Positions 13,769 to 26,375 of a stretch of 64,000 nt of DNA are shown piece after piece. The stretch is taken from NCBI GenBank assembly GCA_023515725.1, contig JALDTO010000057.1, positions 1 through 64,000 on the forward strand, read 5' to 3'. The translations under genes and the position numbers were made by a program. The first letter of the stretch is position 1; the number at the start of each line of letters is the position of its first letter. Source of the stretch: Amoeboaphelidium protococcarum X5. Its lineage: Eukaryota; Fungi; Aphelidiomycota. A model generated the notes under the pieces. The model worked only from the letters and a program-made list of their open reading frames with translations. It was not told the origin of the DNA and did no database searches.

Positions 13769-15099
13769 AATGAATAAAGACAATGATACGAGATTATCTT
13801 ACTTTGCCGTTTTCATCAGGTCATACTTGCTTCGAGCCCATTTAAAAATCCTTAACAATTCGAAACCAAACTACTGAAGCTGTTTTTCTTTTTGAAACCA
13901 GACTATAATCTACCGGGGATCAGAATGCAAAATGTTAATTGATTTCAGTGCTGGAATCCAATGAGTATCCTCTCAACTGTTACCATATGGCCTTTCCATT
14001 CCCCACTCTATCGTATAGACTTATTGTACTGTATGTCTTCAAGCGCAAGGTATTGCATTGTCACTCAAGGACTTGTTCACTCATATAATCCAAGTCTGCT
14101 CATTCGTTTAGTAAGGTTCTTAGGCTGATAGTAGTGCTACATTTAACTGCAGTTAACATATATTTGACAAAGTCCAAGTGGAGTTGCTGTCTCTATAATT
14201 AGCTGCCGTCCTACATCTCTGCTAAAAGCGTTTTAGTTGCTGCGATGTTATGGCTTCTTATCTTGGGTCTCATGGTTGACTGGACAGTCTATGTTATCCA
14301 TGACGAAAGAGCATGTCTCAATCATTTCTCTGTTCACCATGAGTGCCAGCTAGCGTCATTACTGTATTCTAGCAAGGCTGGCTCATCGATGTAAACAGGC
14401 AAGCTTATTGTTTTCATATCACCAAGTTTTAGAACAGCACTCATCTTTATCGTCGGTAGTCTCCGCTTCTGTATTGTGAATGCTGGTTCAAATTTGTGTT
14501 AAAGCGACACCAAACATTAAGCGATGCGATGATCTGGCATTTTCAATTTTATGAGTCACTTACAAAGCGAGAAGCTTCTTCTTCACTCCTCTTTCGGCAT
14601 CATATATATCAACAATATCACGAATGATGGAGCACTGGTCAAACTAACGCGCATTATTACGCTAATACGTTAAGTTTTTTTATTATTTATTTTAAATTCG
14701 TTACTTATCTGTGTATGTAGGATATCGTGTGCTGCCGAACAATCTTACTGGCGTTGTCTTGGGAAAGTTGCCTGCTGTATGTATGGATCAATATTTGCGC
14801 GTAGTAGTAACTGCTTATTATGTACCAAGTCGCACAACACTATATCTAATGAAGCAGGAGCGACTATGTGTCAAGAACTCGTATTGGTTTACTGTGGATA
14901 TCGCGGGTTTGATCACTGATTACTCTCCGGGGTAGTCGCTCCATATGCCACTGTCGATGCTTAATATGCCACCTTGTGGTTGAACGGAAAATCCATGTAA
15001 TCCAGTGGTATGTTAAGTTGAGAGAGAGCATTTTGGAAAGTGATCGGTTTGCCAAATCCCGAAGCTTTATCGACTGAAATTTCAGTCATAAAGTGGATA

Positions 15100-17080
15100 A
15101 AAAAATGGCGAGTTTCACCACGAGGCTTCTCTGTGGCTACTTTATTATCTTGATAATTCTCCTACGTTCTTGCTGATAATCAACCTTCTCTGTATTCTAG
15201 TCACCATTTTGGACCAAGTTCACTATTTCGATACGCAGAACATTCTATAATAGATTCAATCTGTTTAATATTCATTTCTCTGCCAATTTAGATTAGGACG
15301 CCATTTGGCAATTCAACCAGAATACCAGATGCATCACAACTAAACCGGCTAGCTATTATAACGTTTACTTAGCCTTGATGGAGTTTCTCAGGTAAAAATG
15401 GGAGCCTTCTTACTTACAGCTGCCTCTTGCTCTATCCAACTTCGACCGCATATTCCTAGTACATTTAGATCGATATAACCAACCGCCTTAATTCTGACAT
15501 TGACTTCATTTAGCCTTATCTTTGAGATCCACCTCTAATCGCCAAAGATGGAAGTGTTACTAAAATTCAAGTAGTGTCTTGCGACAGCCTGTGCCATACA
15601 AAATCATGCCCAAGAGGTGGATGATGTACAGCGAATATTTAACGATAGAGATTCACACCCGGTGGATCGGAAAGGCATCCATTGAGCAGATGTTCAACTA
15701 ATTTTAATGAGTTTCCATAACAGATTCATTTAACAACTTTATGCATATGTGTGATGAAATTTAGTGAATTTAGTTGCAACTTCATCTACTCGAGCAGCCA
15801 CTTTCTCAGCTTTCGGGATGCTTCTTCGAATTCAGCCACTCGACATATACAGTCTATATATCGAGTCAAGTTACAGAAGAGAAAATCTCATGATTGCTCA
15901 ATTACTACTTACCAGACTCAACATCAGCCTAGCAATAAACAAACATAGCATCAGGCAGAAATACTAAAATCGATTTCAGAAGAATCATTAACACAGATTT
16001 CATTAGACTAGAGTTGCCATCTCCAAGGTTCTAAGCAGCCTATTCCACGAAACCCAACTCAGCATCGAGCATCAACTGGCCTAATCTTTCAGACGAAGAG
16101 AGTAGCATACATTCGTGTTAAAGACGCATGGACATCATCAACAGCGTATTTAATCTTAGAGGAAGACAACAATTGTGAGCTCCAAGAAGAAATGCGCACT
16201 GGTATTTAAGACTTTCAGTTATTCATTTCTCTACCAATTCAATTCAGCTGTTTCTCATGCAATTTGACATCCAAAACTAAAGGAGTCAAAACCAACATAA
16301 TTGCCTTCTGGGTTGTCCTTCCTCTCATTTCTCCGTTCACTCATATTCACTCTCATCTCTTCTCTTCTCTCAATTCGCCAATATCCTTCTCAATTACTCA
16401 AACTTGACGTCAGTCATATTTGGCTTCAATTTTATCCACTTTCAGAAACGGTGTATAGTTTGAAAAGGGACAACGTTGTAAGAACTGATTCCAGAGCTGG
16501 GGCCAAATTATCAACGAAATTGAAATATTTTAGATACATTTCTTCAGGCTTTACTGTACATAACTCGCATCTTTTTTAGTTCTCTCTCCAGACTTTCAAT
16601 GTAATCCTCTTGGATCTTTACCAACTACTGCAAACGTTCTACTTCTACCTCCAATTTTACCTTCTTGACAGGCGGCCCATTACGATGAACCCGAGCACTA
16701 GGAGGTTATGCGCTCTAGGAGAAGGCATCCACTAAAGTACGCTTTGTGGTACTTGGTGTCATTATTACTGGACTGGCAGATTCATGAATGCTACCGACTT
16801 ATGTCGGAGTGGAAATAGCTTGTTGCACTTGAATAGGAGTGGATGTGGAAGTCTGCACTTGATTAGTAGTGGATGTAGCAGGAGATTTACCTTAATGATT
16901 TGCTATAAACTAGCTTCGTTTGCTGCAAAAGTCATTAATTAGTTGTTGATTTCTAGCTGGACTGCGAGTATCTAACACAAAGTTGCTCCCGCTTATCCCA
17001 GCATGTATCCAGCCTCCCATCTGTTCTAAAGGATGACCCGCCCTCTGCATTTTTTGCAGAACACTTTTAGCCTTATCCTT
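15100..17080 (-). pseudogene. Degenerate paralogue of the telobox-Myb gene at 56.9-57.8 kb, 5'-truncated inside the Myb domain; possible WRN/EXD2-type exonuclease remnant
   Basis: KDKAKSVLQKMQRAGHPLEQMGGWIHAGISGSNFVLDTRSPARNQQLINDFCSKRSQFIA closely matches the 57 kb protein. Frameshifts and TGA stops occur below about 16570; KSQIPVRISSWSSQLLSSSKIKYAVDDVHASL lies near 16120-16215. Confidence 0.65.
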
Positions 17081-17101
17081 CGAATAAATAATTCACCAGA
17101 G

Positions 17102-17470
17102 TACCGTCCGCGCAAAAATTTTGACCGGTTTGCGAAAAAACGAAACATTGATAATAAATTTATGATCACTCAATAACCTGTATGACCTCCAGATTTTTGC
17201 AGGCATATAGCAAGACGTCTTTACGCACTCTCAGCTAATTTTTCAGCTAATTCGAGCTCCAGGTTGTTCCATATGTCGAATATCTGGTCAATCAGCTCAT
17301 TTTTAGATGAAGGCCTACCGTATTTTTTTTCCCTCCTAGCTTTTATAATAGCCCAAAGATTCTCAATAGGATTAAGATCCGGCGATTGCGGCGGCCAGAG
17401 CATTGTCTAGAGGTCGATTTGTTCAAAATACTCGGTAACGACCTTCGACTTATGGCAGGGGGGCATTAGT
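17102..17470 (-). mobile_element. Tc1/mariner (DD34E-type) transposon 3' fragment with one terminal inverted repeat
   Basis: NAP/CHKSK...LWPPQSPDLNPIENLWAIIK...GGHTGY*, with a +1 frameshift in a C run near 17460; putative TIR ccgtccgcgcaaaaattttgaccg starts at 17104, next to TA. Confidence 0.85.
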
Positions 17471-17640
17471 CGCAGCCCCAGCAGCACCGAATATTACAGT
17501 GATGGTTCATTTGTTATCATTCAGGAAACCAAAAATGAATTCCTAACTGATCCTTCTCCATTTAGACCCAAAGAATACTTGCGATAATAGGACAATTTCG
17601 CAAAAGCAGCGTTGCGGCTATACCTTGACAGGAAATAAAA

Positions 17641-17686
17641 TACAGTAACAGGACGAAATTGTGCAGAATTTTGTAATGCTACTGTA
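17641..17686. repeat. 46-bp imperfect palindrome with TA-CAGT...ACTG-TA ends (Tc1-like mini-element or TIR-TIR fusion)
   Basis: tacagtaacaggacgaaattgtgcagaattttgtaatgctactgta is self-complementary with 5 mismatched pairs. Confidence 0.55.
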
Positions 17687-18282
17687 CTATTGTGATGAAA
17701 TCTGCTTTTCTATAAATCATCTAGCTAAGATGAGAATTTTTGACTCATCTATCGCCATTAATACCCGTAAAATAGTTGCGCTATTTAAATAATTTTACAC
17801 AGACATTGTGGCGCCTAATCATTATATATCTTGTCCGGATAATGGAAATTCCGCCTAGGAAGTAGAGAAAAGATTTCGATCTATTTTCGAATAGAACACG
17901 TGTTGGCGCAATATGTTGCCGGAACGAAGATTTAGCCTTCAAATTATATCAAATCTCAAGTTACGCTATTCGGCACGGACTCAAACGGGTATTCGAAATT
18001 ATGTCCGTTCCCCTATGTTACATACGCCAAGAACAGAAAGATCAAATTCAAAATTATGAGAGTGACGAGGGATTACACGCTAATAAAGATATCGAGCGAG
18101 AACTGGTTTTTGGTAGCCGATCCCATCAATGAGCTTGAAGCGAGGCGTTTCCACACGATCGATTTTAGGAGTTCGATGCCACCTTTCGGCTGCTTCTAAC
18201 TACGGCGATCACATAACTCACCGCAGTCTCGTACTAAAATTTGTGAAGGAGAATAACAGTCGCTGAACTTTAGATATTGAAA

Positions 18283-19365
18283 ATGGCTGTAATTACTGAC
18301 GCGTTTGTTAATCTTGGGTTCGCTACTGAGAAGGTGTTGGACAGGCTGGTAGGAGGAGAGGTGGAAGTGGCTCTGCAACAGCAACTACAAGCTCTGTTTC
18401 CTTCCGCTTATGCTTCAGTGTCCCAGGTACTCGAGCAGAACCGATCTATTCATGTTGACCATCTGCCTCTTATGAATCCTTTGCATGTTGGCGTACTCAT
18501 TGCCACGTACTTGAGCATTGTGTTTGGTGGCAAGTGGTTGACTCAACTGTTGCTAAGTCCCGCTGACAAACCGAATGTCGGTGTTCTGGTTAAAGCTCAT
18601 AATCTGTTCTTACTAGCACTTTCCATGTACATGGCACTCAATGTTGGTTATGAAGCATTTGTTAATCGCGGTTATTCCCTCTTTAATAACCCTAGTGAGG
18701 AGGTGCATGCAGCTCGCGGTCTGTCCAAGGCATTGTGGCTGTTCTACTTTAGTAAAGTGTTTGAGTTTATGGACACTTTCATTATGGTTCTGAAGTAGAA
18801 CTGGCGCCAAATATCCTTCCTGCATCTGTACCATCATGCTAGTATTTTCGCTGTGTGGTGGCTAACCATCTTTGTTGCTCCTACCGGAGAGGCGTACTTT
18901 AGTGCCATCCTCAACTCTCTGATTCATGTTGTCATGTACGGTTACTACTTCTTGTCTGCTTGTGGATATGGTAAGCCAGAGAAGAAGGATGTCATTAGTT
19001 AGATGGTGAAAACGGTGAAGCCATACATCACATTAGGCCAGATGACCCAGTTTTGCTGCATGATGTTCCAAGCGACTTATGACATTTCCATGGCCACCGT
19101 GTTCAAGTCTCCGGGTGATGCACGTTCTCAGCTGCCACTACACTCCCAGAGACTGCAGGATGATGGCACCTACCGCACGGGAACGTTTGCCTACCCTCTC
19201 GGTTTGACTGTGATGTTGTGGGTGTACATGTGGACAATGTTGGCTCTGTTTGGAAACTTTTACGTGAAGAATTACGGGTAGAAGAAGACCACCAAGATTG
19301 GACAATAGTCTGCAAAGTTGGCATCTTTTACCAGTGAAGGTCGTAAAATTGAAAAAGAAGAATGA
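18283..19365 (+). CDS. ELO/GNS1-family fatty-acid elongase, PUFA (delta-6, GLELO-like) type, 360 aa
   Basis: FYFSKVFEFMDT, ISFLHLYHHASIF (His box), APTGEAYFSAILNSLIHVVMYGYY, KPYITLGQMTQF and LFGNFY. Confidence 0.93.
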
Positions 19366-19490
19366 GCATCAGAATTGAATTGGAATGTGCATTAGGATTA
19401 TGAGAGTGATACAATTTTTGAGACATATAGTATCAAGCAATATATACTTTTTGTATCATGACGAATACCAAGTCCTTGTGTCATTAAGGA

Positions 19491-20921
19491 TCAATTTTGC
19501 TTTGCTTTCCACCAAGGATGCGGTTTACCATCCCATCCGACAGTCATCAATTTCCTGACTGTATTTTATTCATCCTTGGAGCCATCTTCTTCAGTACTTT
19601 TTTAGGATAATGAAGGAAGCCAATCAGTGAGGGCACAGCGAGACATTTACGCCATTACTGCATCCATGAGGACAAGAGCGGCCATTGATTCCACAATAGC
19701 AACTGCTCGTGGTACCACACACGGATCATGTCTACCCTTGTTCTCAAGTATAGACGTTGAATCATCGCAACTATCACCACTGCTACCTAGTGATGAATTA
19801 TTGTACTACGCCGTCTGTTGGGGAAGTGCTATAGTGGCAGGCGGCTTGAATCCAACTTTGAAGTAGATAGTCTCGCCATTACTAATACCACCCTATACAC
19901 CACCGCTTTTGTTCGTAGAGGTCCCCAATCTACTACCGTTCAACTCTGGTCTACCACAACGGCCCGTACGATCATCTTGCAATTCAAACATATCATTATG
20001 TTGAGATCCGAAGCTTGCTGCACCAGCAAATCCACTACCAATCTCAAACGCCTTCGTAGATGGTATGGACAGCATAGCATGTGCCAACACTGCCTCCAAT
20101 TTATCAAAAGCAGGCTCACCAAGACCACAAGGAGCATTTCTAAGTATGCAAGTGATTGATCCACCGACAGAATCCTTGTTCTACTTCTGCTGCAAGATCA
20201 ACTGACGCATCAGATCAGAGGACTCTTTATGCGGACATCTAGTGTCAAATCTGTCAACATCTTCTCGCGTCAATACTACCTGCTGATTGCCATTGATGTA
20301 CTTATCCACCTACTTCTACGGTACGTGAACTTATCCAACAGATGATACAAAAGCCACAATGTCTATGCCCAATTGCTTAAGGTACAACTCAGCGACGGCA
20401 CCTGCAGCAACGCGTCCAATAGTCTCCCTTGCACTAGACCGTCCACCGCCAGAACTTGCCTTGACACCATACTTTTCCAAATAAGTGAGATCGGCATGAC
20501 TTGGCCGTGGCATCTACTCCATTGCTGGTGTTGATTTTTACTTTTGCTGTTACGACTAATACGGTTGCACACTTGTTAAAGGAGGCTATGACGATGACGA
20601 ACCGTCAACGGAAGTAGTAGTAGCAGTCTATTTCTAACCGGAGTAGTCTTGAGGACGCTAATCTCGATTCCAGACCATCATACATAGGGGGGTTCCCAGT
20701 GTGAGTCCAGCCTCAGTTCCAGACATAATTTCCACCTGATCATACTCATTACGCGGCGTACTCAGATCCGACTGACCAGGACGTCTTCTTGACAACTACT
20801 TCTACACATCGCTGGCACTCAATTCCATACCAGGTGGCGGGGAGTCTACAATAACACCCACAGCTTTACAGTGAGACTCTCCAAACGTGGTGACGCGAAA
20901 GTATTTCCCAAACGTTGACAT
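19491..20921 (-). CDS. ARO2: Chorismate synthase, 476 aa
   Basis: [60 protein letters not shown] and [12 protein letters not shown]. Confidence 0.96.
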
Positions 20922-21100
20922 ATGCTTGTTATTATTATCGTTGTGCCAAGTGTTGAAATTTGATTCAATAAAGTGACGACTAAAGAATGGAGCGATGGTG
21001 CCAAGATTAAAGGCTAGAGAACTGGCTTACTGTATACAACAAAGACAAGAAAATATTAGAGAGTGAAGACAAAAATTTAAATTTATACTAGAGATGACAA

Positions 21101-22618
21101 TCATTATTTATTCAACACTGCTATTAATGTTTCAAACGGAATCTATGAGAGGTAATCAGTTTTGGTGTCGAATTGAAACAACTCATCAGTCTCTTCAATC
21201 ACCAGATAACTTTACTGCTTTTGAGATGGTTCGGCGTTCCTCTAAAGAGATACTACTTTCTTCTAATTAGAAACGGAGAAGTTATCATTATTATGGACAG
21301 ACTTGCCAACATCTTTATCTAAAACTTGAATAGGCTCTTAAGTAGGCGGAGCAACATCGACTCTAGAGTTAAAACTGGATACTACCGGCTACTAAGCTGA
21401 TAATAAAGGATTCTTTTACTAAATAGGCGCCTAGTAATTGGTATTAACGCGTCCATCGACACCTAAATTCAAACGCTTCTATTTCTAGACATCTACATCC
21501 ACAATATTTTAATTTAAATCATCTTCTCTAGATCTCTTTATAGAAGGGGTCGATTTAATTGAGGATTAAACAGTGGATACAAAACCATTGACACTACTTT
21601 AATCGAGCTATCGTGGAGCCTAATCACTCGTAATATGATTCTAAATCTACTACTACTACTGCTATTGTTATTGTTATTACTGCATCTATTATAATGCATG
21701 AGAGGAGGACGCGGAAGATTAAGAGGTGGCTGTTGATACATTGGACGATTTACGCTACTGCTACTTCTTCAACAACAAATCCTTGACAAACTTCTCCGCT
21801 TCGCCATACAATAGTTCGTAAGATTACACTAGCTTGTCCAGCAGGGCTGAACTGACAATGTAAATACTAGCAGGAATCAGCTCCAACTAATGTGCCATAA
21901 CAACCCAGATCTTTTGCAACTTGTCCACATTAACAGAACATCCATGTAGAAAAGATGGCTCCATCTAAGACTTTTAATAGATCTTTTGCCATTTGAGGAG
22001 ACTATCACGCAGAGGACTCAACTTGCTTTGTATTAGAGTCTATTCATTGGCTGGTAGTCCAATCTAGACTTTCAGCTTGGACCCGTCTGATAAAGTGACA
22101 GATTATTATCCGCTTTAATTAAGCTCCAACTTGACCAGACTCAAATCAATCAGCGGCGTCTAAACTGTTGATGCTTGAGGTTGCGGCTAGGATGCTTACT
22201 GTTATTATGATGAAGACTATTATAAGACAGTGTTTTAATTCTGCGTCTAAGAAGGCATTAACTGAGACTAATTCTAAATACTATTAGACATGGCGGGATT
22301 AGGCGCAGTCATAGTACCCACGCCACCACCGTTACTGCTACTACCAAGACTATTACGATTAGCGTTAGAAGGCTATTGAACTGACGACAATTTTTGAGTG
22401 GCTCGCTGAACAATACTACTGATTTTATCTGTAATCTACTTGAGGTACTATTACTTTACCAGACCGCACTGACTGAAAGCATCTTGTTCTATTTTCTGGG
22501 CAACTTTCATAATATTATCCAGCGGCAGAGTCTAGCCAAAATGCTACTACAACCTCTGAACCATCTGCAAGAGAATAGATTTTCGATCGCTTTAAGAAAC
22601 TGGTGGTACTGAAGACAT
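21101..22618 (-). CDS. Gln-rich protein with N-terminal KIX-like helices (Mediator Med15/Gal11-like), 505 aa
   Basis: N-terminus ...KVAQKIEQDAFSQCGLVKQQYLKQITDKISSI resembles a KIX domain, followed by Q/S/P-rich tracts encoded largely by TAA/TAG; single frame. The family call is tentative. Confidence 0.55.
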
Positions 22619-23162
22619 ATTCGTATTAAATCAGGCCAAAATATGATTAGATTATTAAGGTATTACTGTAGATGTTTGATCTTGGCAAGACTTGTAAAAA
22701 AGGAGATAAATGGAGAACGCGATCGATTAGTTTATATGCGCTTTCCAACACTTCAAACTAATAAAATACAAAATGTATGCACCATCTGTATGAGCTATTA
22801 AAAAATTACTTCAAACAATTGATAAGTAATAGATTAGTCAAAAAGGGGATTAGAGAATATTATTCATTGTTTCACATTGTCATCACAACTTTCATTCATA
22901 CAGTAACAAGATGTGATGTGATGTGATAATACGAGATGAATCAGTGCGCGCGTGAATCTCAAAGTCGTCGAAACAACAACGATGACTGGCGACGCGCTCT
23001 CTCTCTCTTTCACTGTCACTTTATCTGTCTTATCTGTCATTAGTTTGGTTGTACCTACTAGTTTCCCGTATAATTATTATATAGCCATCTCTTTATAATT
23101 GGCACTTGTCAGTCTTTTATTCCATTCGTAAAGACAATATACATCATTTATCATCTGACAGT

Positions 23163-24758
23163 ATGTTATCTGCAAATAGACCGCATGAGAGTTATGCTGC
23201 TGCTGTTCACGATGCTCCTCCTCAGCCTAGCTCTGGTACCAGTAAGCTGGCAGGTTAGAAGGATATGAGCTCATCCTCTTCATCCTCCTCTGATGGAAGT
23301 GCTACTCCATAGTAATTTCAGAAGGAAGGCTTGAATCAAGACCTTGATATGATGATCTAGAACAACACCCAGATTATCGAGATGAACACTGTTGAAGTGA
23401 GCTATCAGATTGGTTTGCCGTAACAGGATGAGAATCTGTCTCTGTGGTAGGATTTCTATGGTGAAACGATTAGTTATGCCAATTTCTTAATCTCCCTCAC
23501 CACTGAATTGTACGAGATGGTTTCCGAATGGTGGTCTGGTTTGCTAGTTGACAATGTACCTGGTATGCGTGATGTTTTGGAATAGCCTACCAAAGATCTG
23601 AGTCTGTGGGAAGGTGCTTGGAGATGGTCTTTCATTAATCTGTTTGGGCCGTTGCGTGTCGTGTACTCTTTGCTAGCTCAATATGCTCGCAATAATCCTA
23701 CAAGAGGTCCTATTCTTATCTGGACATTGGCTCTGGCTTCTACTCCAATTTTGATTGCTTCAGTTGCCGCATTGACTGTTATTGGCTGGACTTTGGCTGT
23801 GTCCTCTGTCATTTTAGGCCTGTCTGTTGGTGGATGGCTGTTATTTTCATCCACTGCTCTGTTCTGGTCTCTCATTGGAGCTGCTGGTTTGATGTCCACG
23901 TACTGGGTCACGATGTATGTGATGAAGTAGTCTAAGCGTCTGGTTTGTAATGTTCTCGGCTTTGCTTCTGAAGCTGAAGATAAGCTGTCTAGCCGTGTGT
24001 CTCAGGTTCGTGATCAGGTTAAGGGAAAGCTGTAAGAAGGATATGAAGATGTGAAGGAGAGTTCTTCCTAGTTGGCTTCCAAAGTTAGAAATTAGTCTTC
24101 AGAATTAGCTAGTGAGTTTGCATCCAAAGTATAGGAATCCTTCCCGCAAGCAACAGAAACTGTCCAATCTGCGGCTTCTGGTGTGAAAGACTATGCTTAA
24201 GGTGTGGCTGGCAAGGTTTAGCGCGATGGTTTGGTAGCTGGTGCATAGAAAATTGCTGGTGACGCTGGATAGCAAGCTTAGGATCTATCAAAGCAAACAT
24301 CAGAAGTTGCTTCGGAGAAGGTTAATGAGCTAGGTGAGAAGGCGCGCGAGACTTTCCCAAAGACTGCAGATGCTTTGCAAACTGTCTCGGATGATGTCAA
24401 AGACTTGAAGGATTCTGCAACTAAGACTGTCAGTGATTTGGCGGATAAAGCAGTTGAGACTGTCTATGAGAAAAAAGATTAGGCTTTGGATAAGGCTGAA
24501 GACTATGTCAGTGTTGGTGCTCAGAAGGTTTCAGATGCTTCATCCAACTTGAACAGCAAGTCTGCCCATTTCAAGGACAGTGCAATTGATCTGCTGGAGA
24601 AGAGCAAGTCTGATAGTTTGAGTAACAGTGGTGAAGATTTGGATGAGAATGATTATCATGATGTGAAGCCGTTGCAGGAAGAGAGTTTGGGCGAAGAGGC
24701 TCAGCACAAGGTTGAGGAGCTGCACAGTCACCATGCAAAAGTCATTCGTCTAGCTTGA
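23163..24758 (+). CDS. Putative lipid-droplet protein: promethin/LDAF1-like hydrophobic hairpin plus LEA/perilipin-like amphipathic repeats, 531 aa
   Basis: An uncharged stretch of about 70 aa (PILIWTLALASTPILIAS...MSTYWVTMY) is followed by A/K/D/E/S/V-rich helical repeats; frame open to TGA 24758. Confidence 0.6.
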
Positions 24759-24976
24759 TCTTGTAATTGAATAATAATAATGAAGTCTTGTGGTAATATT
24801 ATATCGGTATTGTAATACATAATTTATCCTTTTTATGTCATATCCTCTTTATATCTTCTAAATCAGTTCGCGTTGTTTCAGCCTTGTCGCGTCGAATGCT
24901 CTTTCTCTTACAGCCAGACAAGGCCGCTCTGTCATTTTGCACCCATTTGTTATAAGAAGAAGAATACTTGAGCAAA

Positions 24977-25990
24977 ATGGGAGAAAGTAGATAGGAGCTT
25001 CTAGCTTGGTTGAACGACCTATTGCAGCTCAATTATACCAAAATTGAACAAATCGGAACTGGTGCTGCTTTGGCTCAAATATTTGACTCTATTTTCGGTA
25101 GGTGACAATCTGCTGATACTAAGTTCATTAATTTTAGGAATTAAATCTTGTAGGTGATGTGTAAATGAGTAAACTAAAATTCAATGCTCTTCATGAATAT
25201 GAATACGTCAACAATTTCAAAGTTTTACAAAAGACATTCCTTGACCACAAGATTGAAAAGGTATGATAAGTACATCTATAGATTACAACTCATCAAAATT
25301 GCGTGTCAAATTATCTCACGTAGGTAATACCAGTGGAAAGGCTTCTGAAATGCAAGTTTCAAGACAATCTGGAGTTTCTGCAGTGGGTGAAACAGTACTG
25401 GGACAGTCATTTTCCTGGTGGATCGTACGATGCCGTATCACGAAGAAGGTCAAAGTCGGCAGGCAGCGGTAGTGGAGGTGGGTCGCGTGCTGCAATGGCC
25501 AACTCAACGGCTAACGGAAGTGCGAGAAAACTTCTATCTGGTGCGGGTGCCGCGTCTAATTCATCGCGTTCGCTGAAACAATCGTCCAACTCTCCTGCTC
25601 CAAATCGTGCGGCTGCTTAGAGAAATGCTGCACCTGCTGTGTCGCGTCCTTAGGTGTCTACTGCTCAAGTTGACGCGTTGAATGCGCAAGTCACTCAACT
25701 GCAAGTGATAGTTGATGGACTGGAGAAGGAGCGCGATTTCTATTTCAAAAAGTTGCGAGATGTTGAAATCTTGGTCCAGAATCGTCAAGGTATGTTTTTT
25801 TCAGTTCTAGATTTCATATGTTATTAAATTGAGAATGAGCTTTGTAGATCAAGAAGGTTCATCTGATGTGGGGAAATTCTGTCAGGAGCTATCTAGTGTT
25901 TTGTATAGCACTGAAGAAGGATTCGAATTACCTCCTGATGATGACAACTTGGTAGAGCCTGAAGCTCAAATAATTGATGAAACATTCTGA
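24977..25990 (+). CDS. BIM1: EB1/Bim1/Mal3 microtubule plus-end binding protein, introns 25098-25153, 25261-25323 and about 25790-25847
   Basis: [69 protein letters not shown] and C-terminal DETF. Confidence 0.96.
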
Positions 25991-26375
25991 TAATAACAGT
26001 GCAGCAATGTGTTAACACAGTCAATTTTTAAATTAATTTGTATTTTACAAAACTTTTTCCTTCTGATTACAAAATGATTACTAATATTACACAAATACTG
26101 CACAGAGATGCACAAAATGCCCAGACGCCAAGCTGAAGGTCACTTCGCAATTAAATCTAGTTTCAGCCAATCAGCATTCAGCATTTGATCTGGCGTACGA
26201 CTTTCTGTTGCACCGTTACTTGTGATTAGCCAATTAAAGGATTAACTTCGTACGATTAGATTATCTCTGTTTGATCAGTTCAGTATCTGTCTTCATTCAC
26301 TACATTTCCGATAAATTTTAATAACGCTTTATCAGCATCTAAGAGCAGAATAAGTGTTGATTTGAATAAGGAATT

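Noticed and set aside
13800-15060. Short ORFs on both strands
   Set aside because: Frames are closed by TGA within about 90 codons and show no recognisable motif; probably decayed sequence.
18112-18192. tRNA-like fold (gtagccga...gttcgat...tcggctgc)
   Set aside because: An outer stem and a T-loop-like word exist, but the D and anticodon arms do not pair and the D-loop GG is absent. At best it is a decayed pseudo-tRNA. No tRNA-Gln(TTA/CTA) was seen in the window.
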